A stretch of 64,000 nucleotides of DNA from assembly GCA_964252035.1 (NCBI GenBank), contig OZ176204.1. One strand, given 5' to 3'. This DNA comes from Podarcis erhardii. Its lineage: Eukaryota. This document shows positions 46,721 through 58,931 of the stretch, piece after piece (position 1 is the stretch's first letter; every line of letters starts with the position of its first letter). The notes under the pieces were generated by a model. That model saw nothing but the letters and a program-made list of their open reading frames with translations, had not been told where the DNA came from and ran no database searches. The translations under genes and the position numbers were made by a program.

Positions 46721-47444
46721 GTAGCAAATCCGTACTTTCCCAGGCATGCAAAGCTGAACTGTGTGATGAACGTTTGTTTTTAGGACACACACTAATACAT
46801 GTTACTATTTGGTTGCCTTGCTGAGAGAGACCTAGAAAAGGTGTTCTTCGTCTGCACGATAAGCTGTGCTAGTCAACAATGTCAGCAACTGAATCTTACC
46901 AAATCATAGTGCTCCGTGAGAGAGACCAGATACAAGGGAAGTGTAGACTAGAGTCCCTCAGTGTACTCAGATGTGACTAGTTAAATGGACTACATATAAA
47001 GAAGTACATATAAAAAAGTTCCTTCTCCATTGCCTCCCCCGGTGGCCAGAAGTAAATCATTCTCCAGTACAAAAAAACCTCTCAGGGGAAACCTATAGAC
47101 AGTTGTGCAATATGGGAACAGGTTATTTCCCAGGCTCCGAAGCTCTATGCTGTTGGCAAATGTATACATGTCCTTGTGTTTAACAACCTTTTTATATTGC
47201 ATAGAGCCCTAGCAAGCTTCTTTGAAATATGTTAATATTTCATTATCTGTGCCCACTTGAAAGCTCCAACAGAATAGTGATTACACAGAATTTCCTTGCT
47301 GTGAAAAAGCTTTCTCTCTCTTTCCCTCGCCCTATCATGTTGTATCACAGGTTGCATTCTTATAGATGGCACTATTGACTCTGGGGTTAGAGTTCAAGAG
47401 TTCATGACCCAATGTGCCTTGCTTCCCTTGTTGCTATATTGGTC

Positions 47445-47525
47445 ATCCCTGACCATTAGCCATGCTGGCTGGGACTGATGGGAGTTGTACGCCAACAACA
47501 TCTAGAGGGCACCAAGTTGACTGAC
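47445..47525. mobile_element. Right half of common squamate hAT-type MITE
   Basis: CATCCCTGACCATTAGCCATGCTGGCTGGGACTGATGGGAGTTGTA..CAACAACATCTAGAGGGCACC; the left half of the same family appears at about 51400-51495. Confidence 0.55.
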
Positions 47526-47828
47526 CACAGTTTCTTCCTATTAATTTTGTGCTTGCCCAGTGAGGATACTGTGGGTTTGTTGTTATTATTATTTATGGTG
47601 TGGATGTAGTCAGGGGTGAACGAAGGTGTCGTGACACCCGGGGTGGGGCATTGCTACATAGGGCGCATGTGCGGCATTGCTACATGCACTGTACATAGCA
47701 ATTTGCCACCGGCGCCATACGGACAGTGCCGGGATCCCTCCGTTACCGCTACAGCCATGAATGGAGGATCCTCTACATGCGGCTGTAGCGGTGACAGAGG
47801 GTTCCCACAGCTATGTACAGCGCATGTG

Positions 47829-47925
47829 CGGCTCCCTTGGCCTGTAAAGCGAGATGAGCACCACAACCCCAGAGTCATCTGTGACTGGACTTAACTGTCA
47901 AGGGTCCTTTACCTTTACCTTTTTA
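47829..47925 (+). mobile_element. Sauria SINE 3' fragment
   Basis: GGCTCCCTTGGCCTGTAAAGCGAGATGAGCACCACAACCCCAGAGTC...TTTACCTTTACCTTTT matches the 3' end of the 22835 copy. Confidence 0.85.
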
Positions 47926-49029
47926 CAGCTGTTGGCAACAATTGGGTAAACCTGTTTAGCTCGTGGAAATGCTTCTGCACATCCAACAAAGTTTCAATTC
48001 ATACTTTTCACTACCCAGGCTGCATTGCAAATGGTGTTTGAAGGTTTCCTGAGTTCAAAAAGCAGCTTTTAATATGGGTCACAGCTTTTCTGAGGAAAGA
48101 ACCATTGTATCAGAGTGGGAGAAACACACCCTTCTCTGGACCTTGACCAAGGATTGCATCTTTAATGCTTATGATACTGGGACAGAAAATCATTGTGATT
48201 TTTATCAATAGGCAAGTCCATTTTAGTTTGGTGATACAACAGGACATTAGATCATATTCCTTCCTCAAACGTTTCAGCATATTGGGTTTATCTTTCTTTA
48301 TCTTAGCCTTTGCTTCATTGTACATACTGTACGACCACCACAGTAACTGTTTTACCTAAAGGATCTTGTAATAGACAGCTCAGCAGAAACATTGTGTGCC
48401 CTCGTTGAGATCAATAGAATGCCCTTGTGTTCAGGACTGTTCAGTTGATCTCCAGAAGACACCACTGAGACACTGAAATAAAGCAAAGCTGCATTTTGTT
48501 GAGTTAAATTCTAAGAAGAATATATGACCATGGGAAGATGCTGCTCATAGTCCTAGTAGTTTTTCTCACATCAGAAATTGAAGCGGAAAGAGGTAAGCAC
48601 TTGGGCTAGGTTAGAGAAACCAGTTTTTTTGGAGGTTCTGGAGATGTGTCTATTGAAAAGTGAAGGGAAGTCCATATGGATTACACAGACAGAATGTCCT
48701 GAAGCCCCCTTCCCATCCCCACTTCTCTTCCTTCTGCAGTTCTTCTTTCCATACGTTTTCTAATAGCCGTGTTTACATCCTGGGATGGCCCATGTGAGAG
48801 AATGGCAGGGCCAGCCACTAGCAGGAGGCAGAGAGTAGTAAAACCTCCATGGCTGTCATCTGACATCCATTGGTAAGGACATAGGGACTCCTCCCCTCAA
48901 GCATAACTTAGAGCAACTGTGTATCATTTACACCCTATCACTAGTTGTCACAGCTTTGGAAAATTGTGGAATGAAATATAGGTGGGGAAGGGGCCAGCAT
49001 TCCTACCTCTGCTCTTTCAAACAGTTAGA

Positions 49030-49153
49030 TGATGATAATGATGATTTATTTATTTATACCCCACTCATCTGGCTGGGTTTCCCCAGTCACTCTGGGTGGC
49101 TCCCAATGGAATATTAAAAACACGATCAAACGTTTAAAATTTCCCTAAACAGG
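49030..49153 (-). mobile_element. L2 LINE 3' end fragment
   Basis: TTTATTTATACCCCAC.CATCTGGCTGGGTTTCCCCAG.CACTCTGGG; same family as 27358. Confidence 0.75.
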
Positions 49154-50091
49154 AACATCATCTCATTTTCCAGGTGAATGGGCAGACCTGCTTTTACAAT
49201 CATTAATTTGCCAGTAGCACATATAGTTTGGACTTGACAATCAAGCTTCCCTCTTCTTTCTTTAGTGAGGATGCAGGTGTTCGGTATACCCAATATTGCT
49301 GGAGTTATTTTCTCCTTGTGGAATACGGAATAGTTTTTTTAGGATTTTGAGATTGCTAGTCATCAGTGGGTTTCTAAGAAATCACTACTTGATTCTAGGT
49401 TTTTGTTGTTTTACTAGACTTCGACAGATGCTTCAAAATATTTTAATTGAATGCTTTAGAACGGGGGGGGGGGGAGCTGTGCTTTTACAGCTTTGTGGAG
49501 ATTAAAGGACATGCAATGAAGTTTATATGTATAGGAGTAGGGATGTTTTTTGTAGTCATAAAGGGTTATACTGCCTAGAAATTACATAGCATCCTTCCAT
49601 AAACTAAGTCAGAGAGGGTTGAAATGACTTGCCCAAAGCCACAAACTGAACAGCCTGGAACCAAATGGGATATTTTCAGTTCCAGACTGCCCCCCTCCGG
49701 CATGCATACTCACACATACATTCCCTCCCATATAATTATTATTTCCTTCCAACACCTCATTCTCAGTACTGTGCAGCAGAGTATGCTACAATTCAATTGG
49801 TGAGTTTGATTTGAAGTCATAGAAGGAAACTGCACATTGGAGTGAGGAAGGAGGAGCAAGAGAAGCACCGGGACAGAAAATGGGGGGGTCTATGGGTGAA
49901 GGAAATATATACTCAAAAGAATTTGTTAACAAGGCTCAAATATTGCCACTCTGTGTTAATCCTTACACATGCAAGGCATATCGTGGTTTTTCACTAGTGA
50001 ACCTGTACTGACTGTTTTGGCTTCTTCACAAGTTCTGTGGAACTGCATGTTGGAAGTAACAGCGCTGCTGTTTCCTGTGGGACTGTGGAGA

Positions 50092-50215
50092 AGGGCCATA
50101 ACTCAGTGGTAAAACAACTTGGACAGCTGCTGGAGTCAGTGTGGGCAGTATTGATCTAGATGCATGAATGGCCTGACTCAGTATTAAAGCAGCTGCTTGT
50201 GTTCCTATGCTTCTG
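50092..50215 (+). mobile_element. Internally deleted Squam2-like SINE
   Basis: Head AGGGCCATAACTCAGTGGTAAAAC joined directly to 3' body (GTCAGTGTGG..CTAGATG..CTGACTCAGTAT..GCAGC..GTTCCTA). Confidence 0.55.
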
Positions 50216-51399
50216 TTGGCTTACTTGCTTATCCTGGAGGAAAGAAAGTGTTGCCTTCTGGAAGGAGCCCACCACTGCAAAAGAGGTAGGGATGAGTAAA
50301 AGTGGCTTGTGAATTTCTCACCTATCCCAACCAACCAAAATTGTAAGGTGCTTAAACATTGTTTAAATCCTAAAAACAGTTCAGACAACTCAACAGAAAT
50401 GCAAAACCATTCCAGCAGCCTATGAGTCAAAGTCAAACAATTCTCCTTCTGCCTCACACGAAAACTTGAGGGGAGGAGACGTCACTCAAAGAGCTGGTGT
50501 CCTTTGCTTCAGGACCTTCAATACATCAGAGAGCACACCTCCATTGCAGCTCTCACTGCCCAGTAGGAGCCCACAGTCACAGAACTGGGCAGTGGTTCCT
50601 CTAGAAAAAGAAATTGCCTTGGGGAGAGCAGGGTTAAAGACAGGCTCAGTCCCACCAGGAGACCTCAGGTTGTTGCTGAGACAAACAGCACTCCTTGGGT
50701 GAGTTCCAGCCACATCCTGCCACTGTGATTTGTCCAAGGTCCTGACAGGTGGTGTTCTGTCTTGTCTGTTGTGCTCATGCATAGCCGTCTTGATAGTGCT
50801 CTCTCAAACTAGGCTTGCCCCACCAGTTGTGACTCCACTCTTCTAGACATGAAGAGCTGACCTTTCCAGTAAGTGCCACTGCTTTGACTTGGCCTTCCTG
50901 GGATCACTGAGACATGCTAGGACAGGACAAACTATTCAAAGTAACTACTTAAATAAATAGTATTTGAAAGCCACTGAGAGGTCCAGGAGAATCAAAAGGG
51001 TTACACTCCCCTGTCTTCTGACTGTGGTGGTCAAACCAGGTGAAGAAGGCAGTTTCAGTTCCCAAACTGGGTCAAGATCCAAATCCAAAATGGGTCTAGA
51101 TAATCCAGGAATTTGCTACTATCTGTTAAGATATATCATCTAAAGAGGGAGGAATAGCAACTAGTTGATATTCTGACAAATTATATAGGGTGTCTCCAAC
51201 CACCACCTTCAAGGCAGTCAAAGCCACTCCCTTTCTCTATTTGGTTAAAAATAGATCAGTGCATTCAGCTGGAATGCACAAGAAATCCACAGATTGTTTT
51301 GATGAAACAAAATTGTCTTCATATTTAGTCCACCTTTTACACATGGGAAGGAAATATATCATCTGAAACATGCTGGATTCCTATAATTTCCAGTCATTT

Positions 51400-51495
51400 A
51401 AGGCTGGGGTAGCCAACGTGGTATCCATCAGATGTTGTTGAATTATAAATCCCATCATCCCCAGCCACCATGGCCAATAATGAAAGATGTTGGGA
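51400..51495. mobile_element. Left half of squamate hAT-type MITE
   Basis: GGGGTAGCCAACGTGGT...CAGATGTTGTTG..CCCATCATCCCCAGCCA. Confidence 0.55.
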
Positions 51496-51532
51496 TAACT
51501 TCATTTGAGCTATCTCTATTTTTATAACTATA

Positions 51533-51758
51533 CAGTGGTACCTCGGGTTACATACGCTTCATGTTACAGACTCCACTAACCCAGAAATAGTGCTTCAGGT
51601 TAAGAACTTTGCTTCAGGATAAGAACAGAAATCTTGCTCCGGCGGCGCAGCAGCAGCGGGAGGCCCCATTAGCTAAAGTGGTGCTTCAGGTTAAGAACAG
51701 TTTCAGGTTAAGAACGGACCTCCAGAACGAATTAAGTACTTAAACTGAGGTACCACTG
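51533..51758. mobile_element. Tc1/mariner-type MITE (226 bp)
   Basis: Perfect TIR ends CAGTGGTACCTC and GAGGTACCACTG; TA TSD on both sides (51531-51532, 51759-51760). Confidence 0.92.
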
Positions 51759-53760
51759 TATGTTTTAAATCTATGTAAAATAGTTGCCAGCGTTGTAGAT
51801 ACCCAACACATTAGTATTTCGTTGAGCACTTCAGCCTGGAAACAGTTTAGAGATTCGGGGAATTTGGGGGTTATCATCTCAGGATGTTTGATGGTATAGA
51901 CTGGTCCTCAGAGGTCACCCTTGCATCCTGATTTGTAACATTGCTGCTTATGCAGATTGGTGATTTGGCTCATTTGTGTTCAGAATTCAAAGACAATGTT
52001 TTTTCTGAGAAGGGAGTAGGTAAAAAGGCAGAAGGTAATGATTTTAAAAACATGCTGGATGAAGACAGCCTGCTGTAAGATTGGCTGTGCAGCAAATGAA
52101 ATGGGAAATGAAATGAGGTCAGGCTTATAAAATACACCATTTATCAACTATCTAAATCTTAATCCAGCGTTTCATTGGTTTTCTCGTCCTGCAAACAACT
52201 GAACTGCTGTGAAAACAGCCACAGAATCCCTCCAGGCCAGTGTTCAATAGAGTCCAACCTTCATGCTTTAATGCTAGGCTATCGCCAACAACATTTGTGC
52301 ATGGAGAAACCCAGCACTTCTACATCAAGGAGCTATGTTTTATCATTTCCATAAAGACTGTTGAGGCCTCAATAGAGAGCGAGAATCCAATTTTGTTTAT
52401 GATGTTTCTTGGTTTGCCAACCAAATATTTTGCTTGTCGGTCAATTGCTGAAGGAGCATTAGCAATCAATCATAGGTATGATTGTTCTGCATGGCGTAGA
52501 ATCTGTCTGTGTAGCATACGAATCCTAGTGGTATATGAAAAAATATGTAAGATCTGTTTTCATTCTAACCCTCAATCTGCAAAAAACCCACAAAAAAACA
52601 ACAACAACCCACATCCTTTATTTTCATATAGTACCGTATATTAGAAAAACAAGAAGTATTTCCAGAAGACTGACATTTTGGCATAAGGGTGAGGCTTCTA
52701 GTTATCAGGGTGCAAGTCTTTATGTATAAAGGACACTGAGCTTTGTGTCCATCTATATTCTTTCCACACTCAGCCATGTAAGAGCAATAACTTGGTTCGC
52801 CTGATCAAATGCTGCAATTCAGATTAGATCCCAGCAGTTGCACAGGGAATTGTTTGGTCCTATAAGTTTACTCTTCAGTGCAGTGCTTTTACAAGATCAA
52901 GATTGGACTATTGGGTTATTTCTTTTTATCACCATGCATAACAGTCTGTAGCAAGTCGCTGCACTATTCTTTAATGGACTATTACAATTATGTCTAATAA
53001 CAAATGTGCACTATCTAAACTTCTGATGGCCTTAACTTCTTGGAAGTCTTCAAGACATGCACACTTGTCCTCCCTAGATGTGTTTCAGTCTATTGGAAGG
53101 AAATGTCTGAGACAACATATGCTAAAGGACCTTTAGTTTGGTAGTGATGGAACAACATGGGACATCATAGGATGTCCTCCATAGCAGCAAGATACTGTTA
53201 CTTAAATCTAGTTAAATTTGTCAACAAAACATTTGAATTGGCCCTCCTCCTTAAAACTATCATAGAAGAGGTTCATACTTTTTATCCATCCCTGAAATTT
53301 GTTTTTGAGGAGCTGGTTTCATGGTGAGTATCTTAACACTATAAAACCAGAAAGTCAAAGCACATAGTTTTATAAAATGTTATTTTTAAAGTTTCACTTC
53401 TGTATGTTCATAGTCTTTGAATAAGACATATTTGTTTCATACTCTGCATGATGCTAAACAGCAGCATTGGGGACCTCCCCTTTTGTATCTTATATATTTT
53501 TTTCACAATTTTAGTAGCAGTCCAGAATGGACTTTTAAAAAAGGTTTTAGGTGTGAAGCATCAGACAGGCATGTATCAGTACACTAAAGTGGCTGGAAAC
53601 TGGCAGAAGTTTAGACTATATAACATGTAATTAGGAGCTGGGTGGATTTGTTTGTTCCATCACATGGGTAGGTTTATGTGTAATGTATTGTCTTCTAAGG
53701 ATGTCAAATTCTCTGCCCTGAAAAATTCAGTGTTGTACATTTTCTTCTCTTCTTCCATAG

Positions 53761-53992
53761 ACAAAACTTGCCAATGGCACTTCAAGCATGATTGTGCCAA
53801 AGCAAAGGAAGCTATCTGCAAGCTATGAAAAGGAGAAGGAGCTCTGTATCAAGTATTTTGAGCAGTGGTCAGAGTCCGACCAGGTGGAATTTGTGGAACA
53901 TCTCATCTCCCAGATGTGTCATTATCAGCACGGGCACATCAACTCATACCTCAAACCTATGTTACAGAGAGACTTCATCACGGCACTACCAG
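53761..53992 (+). CDS. BTRC: BTRC coding exon (exon 5 equivalent), D (dimerization) domain: [77 protein letters not shown]
   Basis: Acceptor ttccatag ending 53760, donor GTAGTC at 53993; 232 nt, phase 0/1; near-identical to beta-TrCP1. Confidence 0.98.
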
Positions 53993-54360
53993 GTAGTCTG
54001 AAAAGCTATTGGCATACACACAGACTTTGCAGGCTTCAAAAACGTGTAAAAAGACCTTGACTTCTCATATCTCTCGAACAGCCTTCTTCAGTAGCAGGGT
54101 GTTCTGTCCCGGAGTCCTAGAAAGGAGTTGCCATTTGAAGATATGTCACCTATCGTAAAATGTATGCTCTCATGGTTCCCCCCCCCCCCAGGTGCACTTG
54201 TTATGTTTGGTTAGTTGCCTTTCATTTACTGGGGGCACACAACAGTTAACAGGATTTGGATCATAGAAATTAGCATGGTCTTGGGGCAGGGGTCATCAAG
54301 TTCATGTCATTTCTAAACAGCATATTATTTCCTATGAAACATGTTCAGTTCAGTCTAGAA

Positions 54361-54547
54361 CAGGGGTAGTCAACCTTTTTTATACCTACCACCCACTAAT
54401 TCATCTTTCTTGATGGTAAAATTTCCTTACTGCCCACCAGTGCTCAATGAAAGAAGGATTCAGGTTGTGCCGTAGAACCCCCTACCGCCCTCCTAGAATC
54501 CTGAAATGCCCACTAGTGGGCAGTAGGGACCAGGTTGACAACCCCTA
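54361..54547. mobile_element. hAT (Charlie/Buster-type) MITE
   Basis: TIRs CAGGGGTAGTCAACCT and AGGTTGACAACCCCTA; 8-bp TSD GTCTAGAA and GTCCAGAA (7/8), fitting the NTCTAGAN target preference. Confidence 0.85.
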
Positions 54548-56289
54548 GTCCAGAAGCTCCTGGGTGAGGGAAGTAAAACAGAAGTCCTCCTTGCCATCTA
54601 GAAGGGATTCTTCCCACCCTAAATTGTGGTGTAAAAGAAAGATGCTCTATAGAAGGTGGTGGTTGTCATGTTCTGCAGTCACACTGTACCTGCCACATAT
54701 GCTCATAGGTAAAGTTTTGACATTTCTTCTTTTTTGCCTGGAATTTTGCCCAATTTATTTAGCTTTAACATAGTGAATGATGAAAATCTAAAGCCTTAAC
54801 ATCACAGCTTATACTTAAGTATATTCTTCAATAGCTTTTGGTGTTGGAGAAATAATCTGTATCTATCACTGCCTCACTGTGGCAAATGGAACATTGGGCT
54901 GTGGTGAGCCCAAACTTGGGACTAACATGGAGAAGCAAACTGATGTGCCTTCACCTCCCATTTTCAGGTTGGAGGTGGATATTGGAGGCAGAAGCTTATG
55001 GGCTTATCTCTGCGCCCAAGGGGTGTTCCAAACTTGGAGCCACTGTTGGACACAGAGGCAGATCAAGTCAGGATGCCTCTGCCTTCAGCTGTGAGATGAA
55101 GCGGGAAAGTGGAGGCCCATCAGCTTGTCTCTGTGCCTGAATGTGCTCTGAGCTTTTAGCGCCCAAGGAACACACTGGAAAGCAACCTTCTGTCCTAACA
55201 GTGAGCTGTGGGCAAGCAGGAGCTTACTTTCTGCCCCTCCCCAGCTCCAAACTCAGAGCTGAAAAAAGGAGCAGATTCTCTCCTAACATTGTGCTGCATT
55301 CGAGATGTAGCAGAAATAAGGGACAGCACCCCACTCCTTTGGAAAAGGTGGTAACAGCAAAGTTTTGTTTGGTCTGTTGAGTATTTCTTTTACTTGCTTA
55401 AGTTTGTCTTGTCTGTCAAGTGGAATTATGCTGCTTGGTTTATTTTTCATTTTAGGAAAACTCTGCCCCCACATCTAGGAGTGTCGGGGTTGAAAGAGTT
55501 GTCTCTTAGAAATCACATTTCTTTATAAAATTACTTTTCCTGAATTTGTCCTGAGAATATGGAGGGAGGAAAAACCACTTTGATACATGAGAAGCTCATT
55601 ATCAGGTCTTCTGCTTGTCAGCAGCAAAGTCTTGGTACAGCGTGTCCTCTGTAAATCCTGATCAGAATCATCTGATAGGCATCTCACTCTGCATCGTCTA
55701 CTTAAATGTAAGACATGTGACCCCAGCCATCCCAAAATGCATTCATGGCTTCCTACGCTTAGCCTCTGTTGTTGACAAATGAAGCTCAGTCTTTGGAGCA
55801 GCTGTAACAAGAGCAGGAAATGAAGCATTTGATCTCTCTCTGGATGTTTTTATTTGGAGAGAAAAGTTGCCTGCTATGCTAATCTGGCATGCTTGACTCT
55901 TTCCCAAGTGAAACTGGGGGTGGGGGTGGATTTGATCAAGCAACTAAAGTAGCCTTGCAAATTGAACATTAATCTACCCACTCAAAAAACCCAGTAGCTC
56001 GTATTCACTAGATGCCACAAGAAATCATGGTTTACCCACAATTCCCATTGATGATCGCTCATGACTTTAGACAGAAGCATCTCTCCAGTTTGAGAGCGAG
56101 AGTCTCTCCCTCAAGATCCCACAAGAGCACTTTGGTCTATGTGCATGTATTTTTTAGGTCTTCTCTGTGCTAGCTCTATGATAGGAACTAGCATATATGA
56201 AAAGCATTTGTAATGTGGGAGCACTTCTAAGTTCTTGGTTCAATTATAATATAAGCCTTAAGTATCCAGTACTTTCCAATGCATGGCAG

Positions 56290-56460
56290 AAGGATTGTAG
56301 CTCAGTGATAGAGCACATGGGTTGCATACAAAAAGATGCCAAGTTCAGTTCCTGGCATCTCCCAGGTAAGATTCTTCTCTGAACCCCTCCACTGTGAGTT
56401 GTAGACAATACTGAATTAGACTGACCCAGTGATGTATATGGCAACTCCCACTGTTCCTAA
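56290..56460 (+). mobile_element. Squam2-like tRNA-derived SINE
   Basis: GTAGCTCAGTGATAGAGCAC..AAGTTCAGTTCCTGGCATCTCC..TGTAGACAATACTGA..GTTCCTA. Confidence 0.65.
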
Positions 56461-56474
56461 AACTTTCTAGTCCT

Positions 56475-56486
56475 GTAGTAGTAGTA

Positions 56487-56537
<51 letters not shown>

Positions 56538-56615
56538 TTATTTATTTCCCCAGCTACTCTGGGCGGCTTCCAACAAAATATTAAAATACATTAGTCTTCC
56601 AAACATTAAAAGCTT
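56475..56615 (-). mobile_element. L2 3' end with expanded (TAA)n tail microsatellite
   Basis: About 50 bp of (ATT)n followed by CCCCAGCTACTCTGGGCGGCTTCCAAC, as in the 27358 copy. Confidence 0.7.
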
Positions 56616-57478
56616 CACCACCACCACCCCTTTTTGTAAGTGATAATTGGACCTCTTAGGTTCTGTAAGTGGCATATCCAGTCTCCCTTCAATAATAATA
56701 ATTAATTGCCCCAGACAGACCATTTCTGTCATCCTGTCATTAGTTTCAAGAACTCTAGCAAGTTACTTTCTACTTTTGTCTAGTAAAACTTTGGGTCTAC
56801 ATTTCAGACAACCTCCATCTACTCCAGGTGTGTTTGGAGTAGGGTGCAGGTATGGCTACTCAGGTGCCTTCTTGATCACTATTTTTAGCATAACAGTTGC
56901 GTTTTTGCTTCCAGGACTGTGTCTGATCTCCTCATAGAAATTGATTTAAAAATAAATGCTGAGATTTTGACATATGAATTTTGTAAACAGAAAGGCAATT
57001 TTTTTTTTGTTGCCCACCCTAATGCATTGCCTGTTTACATGACTGCCCAAAAAAAGAAGTCTTCCTGACAGTCTCCCTTGTGCCTTAAAATAGAAACCAA
57101 GTGAAGCTTTATAAGTGAAATCATCTTATTTTAAAGTCCTCTTATTCTTCTGAGGCCACTGCACACACTGAGGTTTAGTGTAAGGTGTTCAGTTAATGGA
57201 GGAACCCATCCAGTTCAAGCAGTCAAGGTTGAACCCCGTATTTGCTTATGTGGTATTGACCAGCTTATTACTGTCATGCCCCTTTCCTATTTTAGTCAAT
57301 GCCATTTTTTATTTATTTTTATTTTAAATGGCAGCTGTGATGAGACTCGCTGGCTGTTCTAACAGCAATGCTGGAAAATGTTAGCAATTTTCACTGTTTT
57401 TGCTGCATGTCTTTTACCGGGTAAAATTAATGGCATCAGTAAAACTCTTTATTACTTCCTCTTTTTTGTGCACACTTC

Positions 57479-57492
57479 TGTGTGTGTGTGTG

Positions 57493-57536
<44 letters not shown>
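57479..57536. repeat. (TG)7(CG)3(CA)19 alternating purine-pyrimidine tract
   Basis: Directly visible. Confidence 0.97.
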
Positions 57537-57538
<2 letters not shown>

Positions 57539-58034
57539 ATGAGTGAGAGAAAGAACACAGGTAACCCTTCAGGCTTCATACTGTATTAGGAACAGATATG
57601 CACTTTATTCCTTTCTTCTTTGCATCAAAAAGTAGCTTTCTGAGCTGGTGGAATACAAGAACAGCTGTAGTAGCAAAATGAGAAATGGTCCTAATATAGC
57701 AAGATTTGGGGGGGGGTGCGTCATCAAGTGAGAAAAGCCTTCCATTGAACATCCCCCTAGTGCTAAAACTCATAGAAATAGATTGGAAATGGCTTCCAGG
57801 ATTCTTGATCATCTCTAACGCTTTCCACTTTTATCTTTAATGCTTTGCTGTTTCTTATCCATAAGAAGCTACTGGTTTCAGAACTTCACAGGAGACTATT
57901 TTCTGTCCAATCATCCCAGCTCTGCTTTACAGGGAAGGGAATGAGCAACAGTGGGGGTGAAAATGTCTGAGCAGAGATGGGCTTCTCATGAACTCTCCAG
58001 TGCTGATTAATTGACTATACTTTTTTCCTTCCAG

Positions 58035-58221
58035 CTCGCGGCCTGGATCACATCGCTGAGAATATCCTGTCGTACCTGGATGCCAAGTCTTTGTGTGCTG
58101 TTGAGCTGGTGTGCAAGGAATGGTACCGAGTGACATCTGATGGCATGCTGTGGAAGAAGCTGATTGAGAGAATGGTCCGGACAGACTCGCTGTGGAGGGG
58201 TTTGGCAGAGCGGAGAGGATG
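58035..58221 (+). CDS. BTRC: BTRC coding exon (exon 6 equivalent), F-box: (A)[61 protein letters not shown](W)
   Basis: Acceptor ccttccag ending 58034, donor GTGAGA at 58222; 187 nt, phase 1/2; canonical beta-TrCP F-box. Confidence 0.98.
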
Positions 58222-58931
58222 GTGAGAGCATCTTTCATGCATCTTTTCCCTTGCTCAGTGAGGGAGTAGGAGTAGGTGCTGGTAATTTACGACTTACAGT
58301 GGTATGGTTTTTAAATGGTATGGGGCTGTATTCAATGGAATGCTAAGGAGATCATTCCATCAGTGCAAGAATTTCTACTTCTCTGATGGAACGATCTTCC
58401 ATCGCCTCCCATCACCTGCTGTTCTGTGGGTTCTCCAGACCCTCCAGAACAGATTTGGGGATGGCATGGGAAAGGTCCCATTGTGCTAACAGGAATCCTT
58501 GCACTGACTTAGCCTAGCAAAACAAGTAAATTGAAAACAGCTTTAGGTCATCAGTATGACAGTTCATTTTATTTGAAAATTGAAGACTGCCTTTTAAATT
58601 CTACCATTCAGTCTTCATTTTTTTTTTCTGAGGCTGTTTTTTGGGAGTATGTATTATTTCCTAACTTGGGGCAGGTAGGCACTTTCCCTTGATCCGGAAG
58701 CAGAATCCAGTAATTTAGTTCTACCTCCAGAGATGACTGGCCAAGCTTAGTAACAGGAACAGGGGATAAGTCCTCTCATATCCGGAATATATATATATTC
58801 TGCTGCTCCTCCTTCTTTTCAAGGCAATGGCGGTGGTTGTGGTGGCAGCCCCTCCTCTCCCCCATCAAAATTGTTTTTTCTTTACCAAAAAAGGGAAGGA
58901 GAAAAATCCCTAGATGCTGTATGGAGTATTT

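Noticed and set aside
52240-52644. 134-aa ORF starting at a non-ATG codon
   Set aside because: No recognisable domain or codon pattern; length is compatible with chance.
56290-56360. tRNA gene-like heads (also 46512, 50092, 58932)
   Set aside because: Degenerate A/B boxes continue into SINE bodies; no complete cloverleaf.
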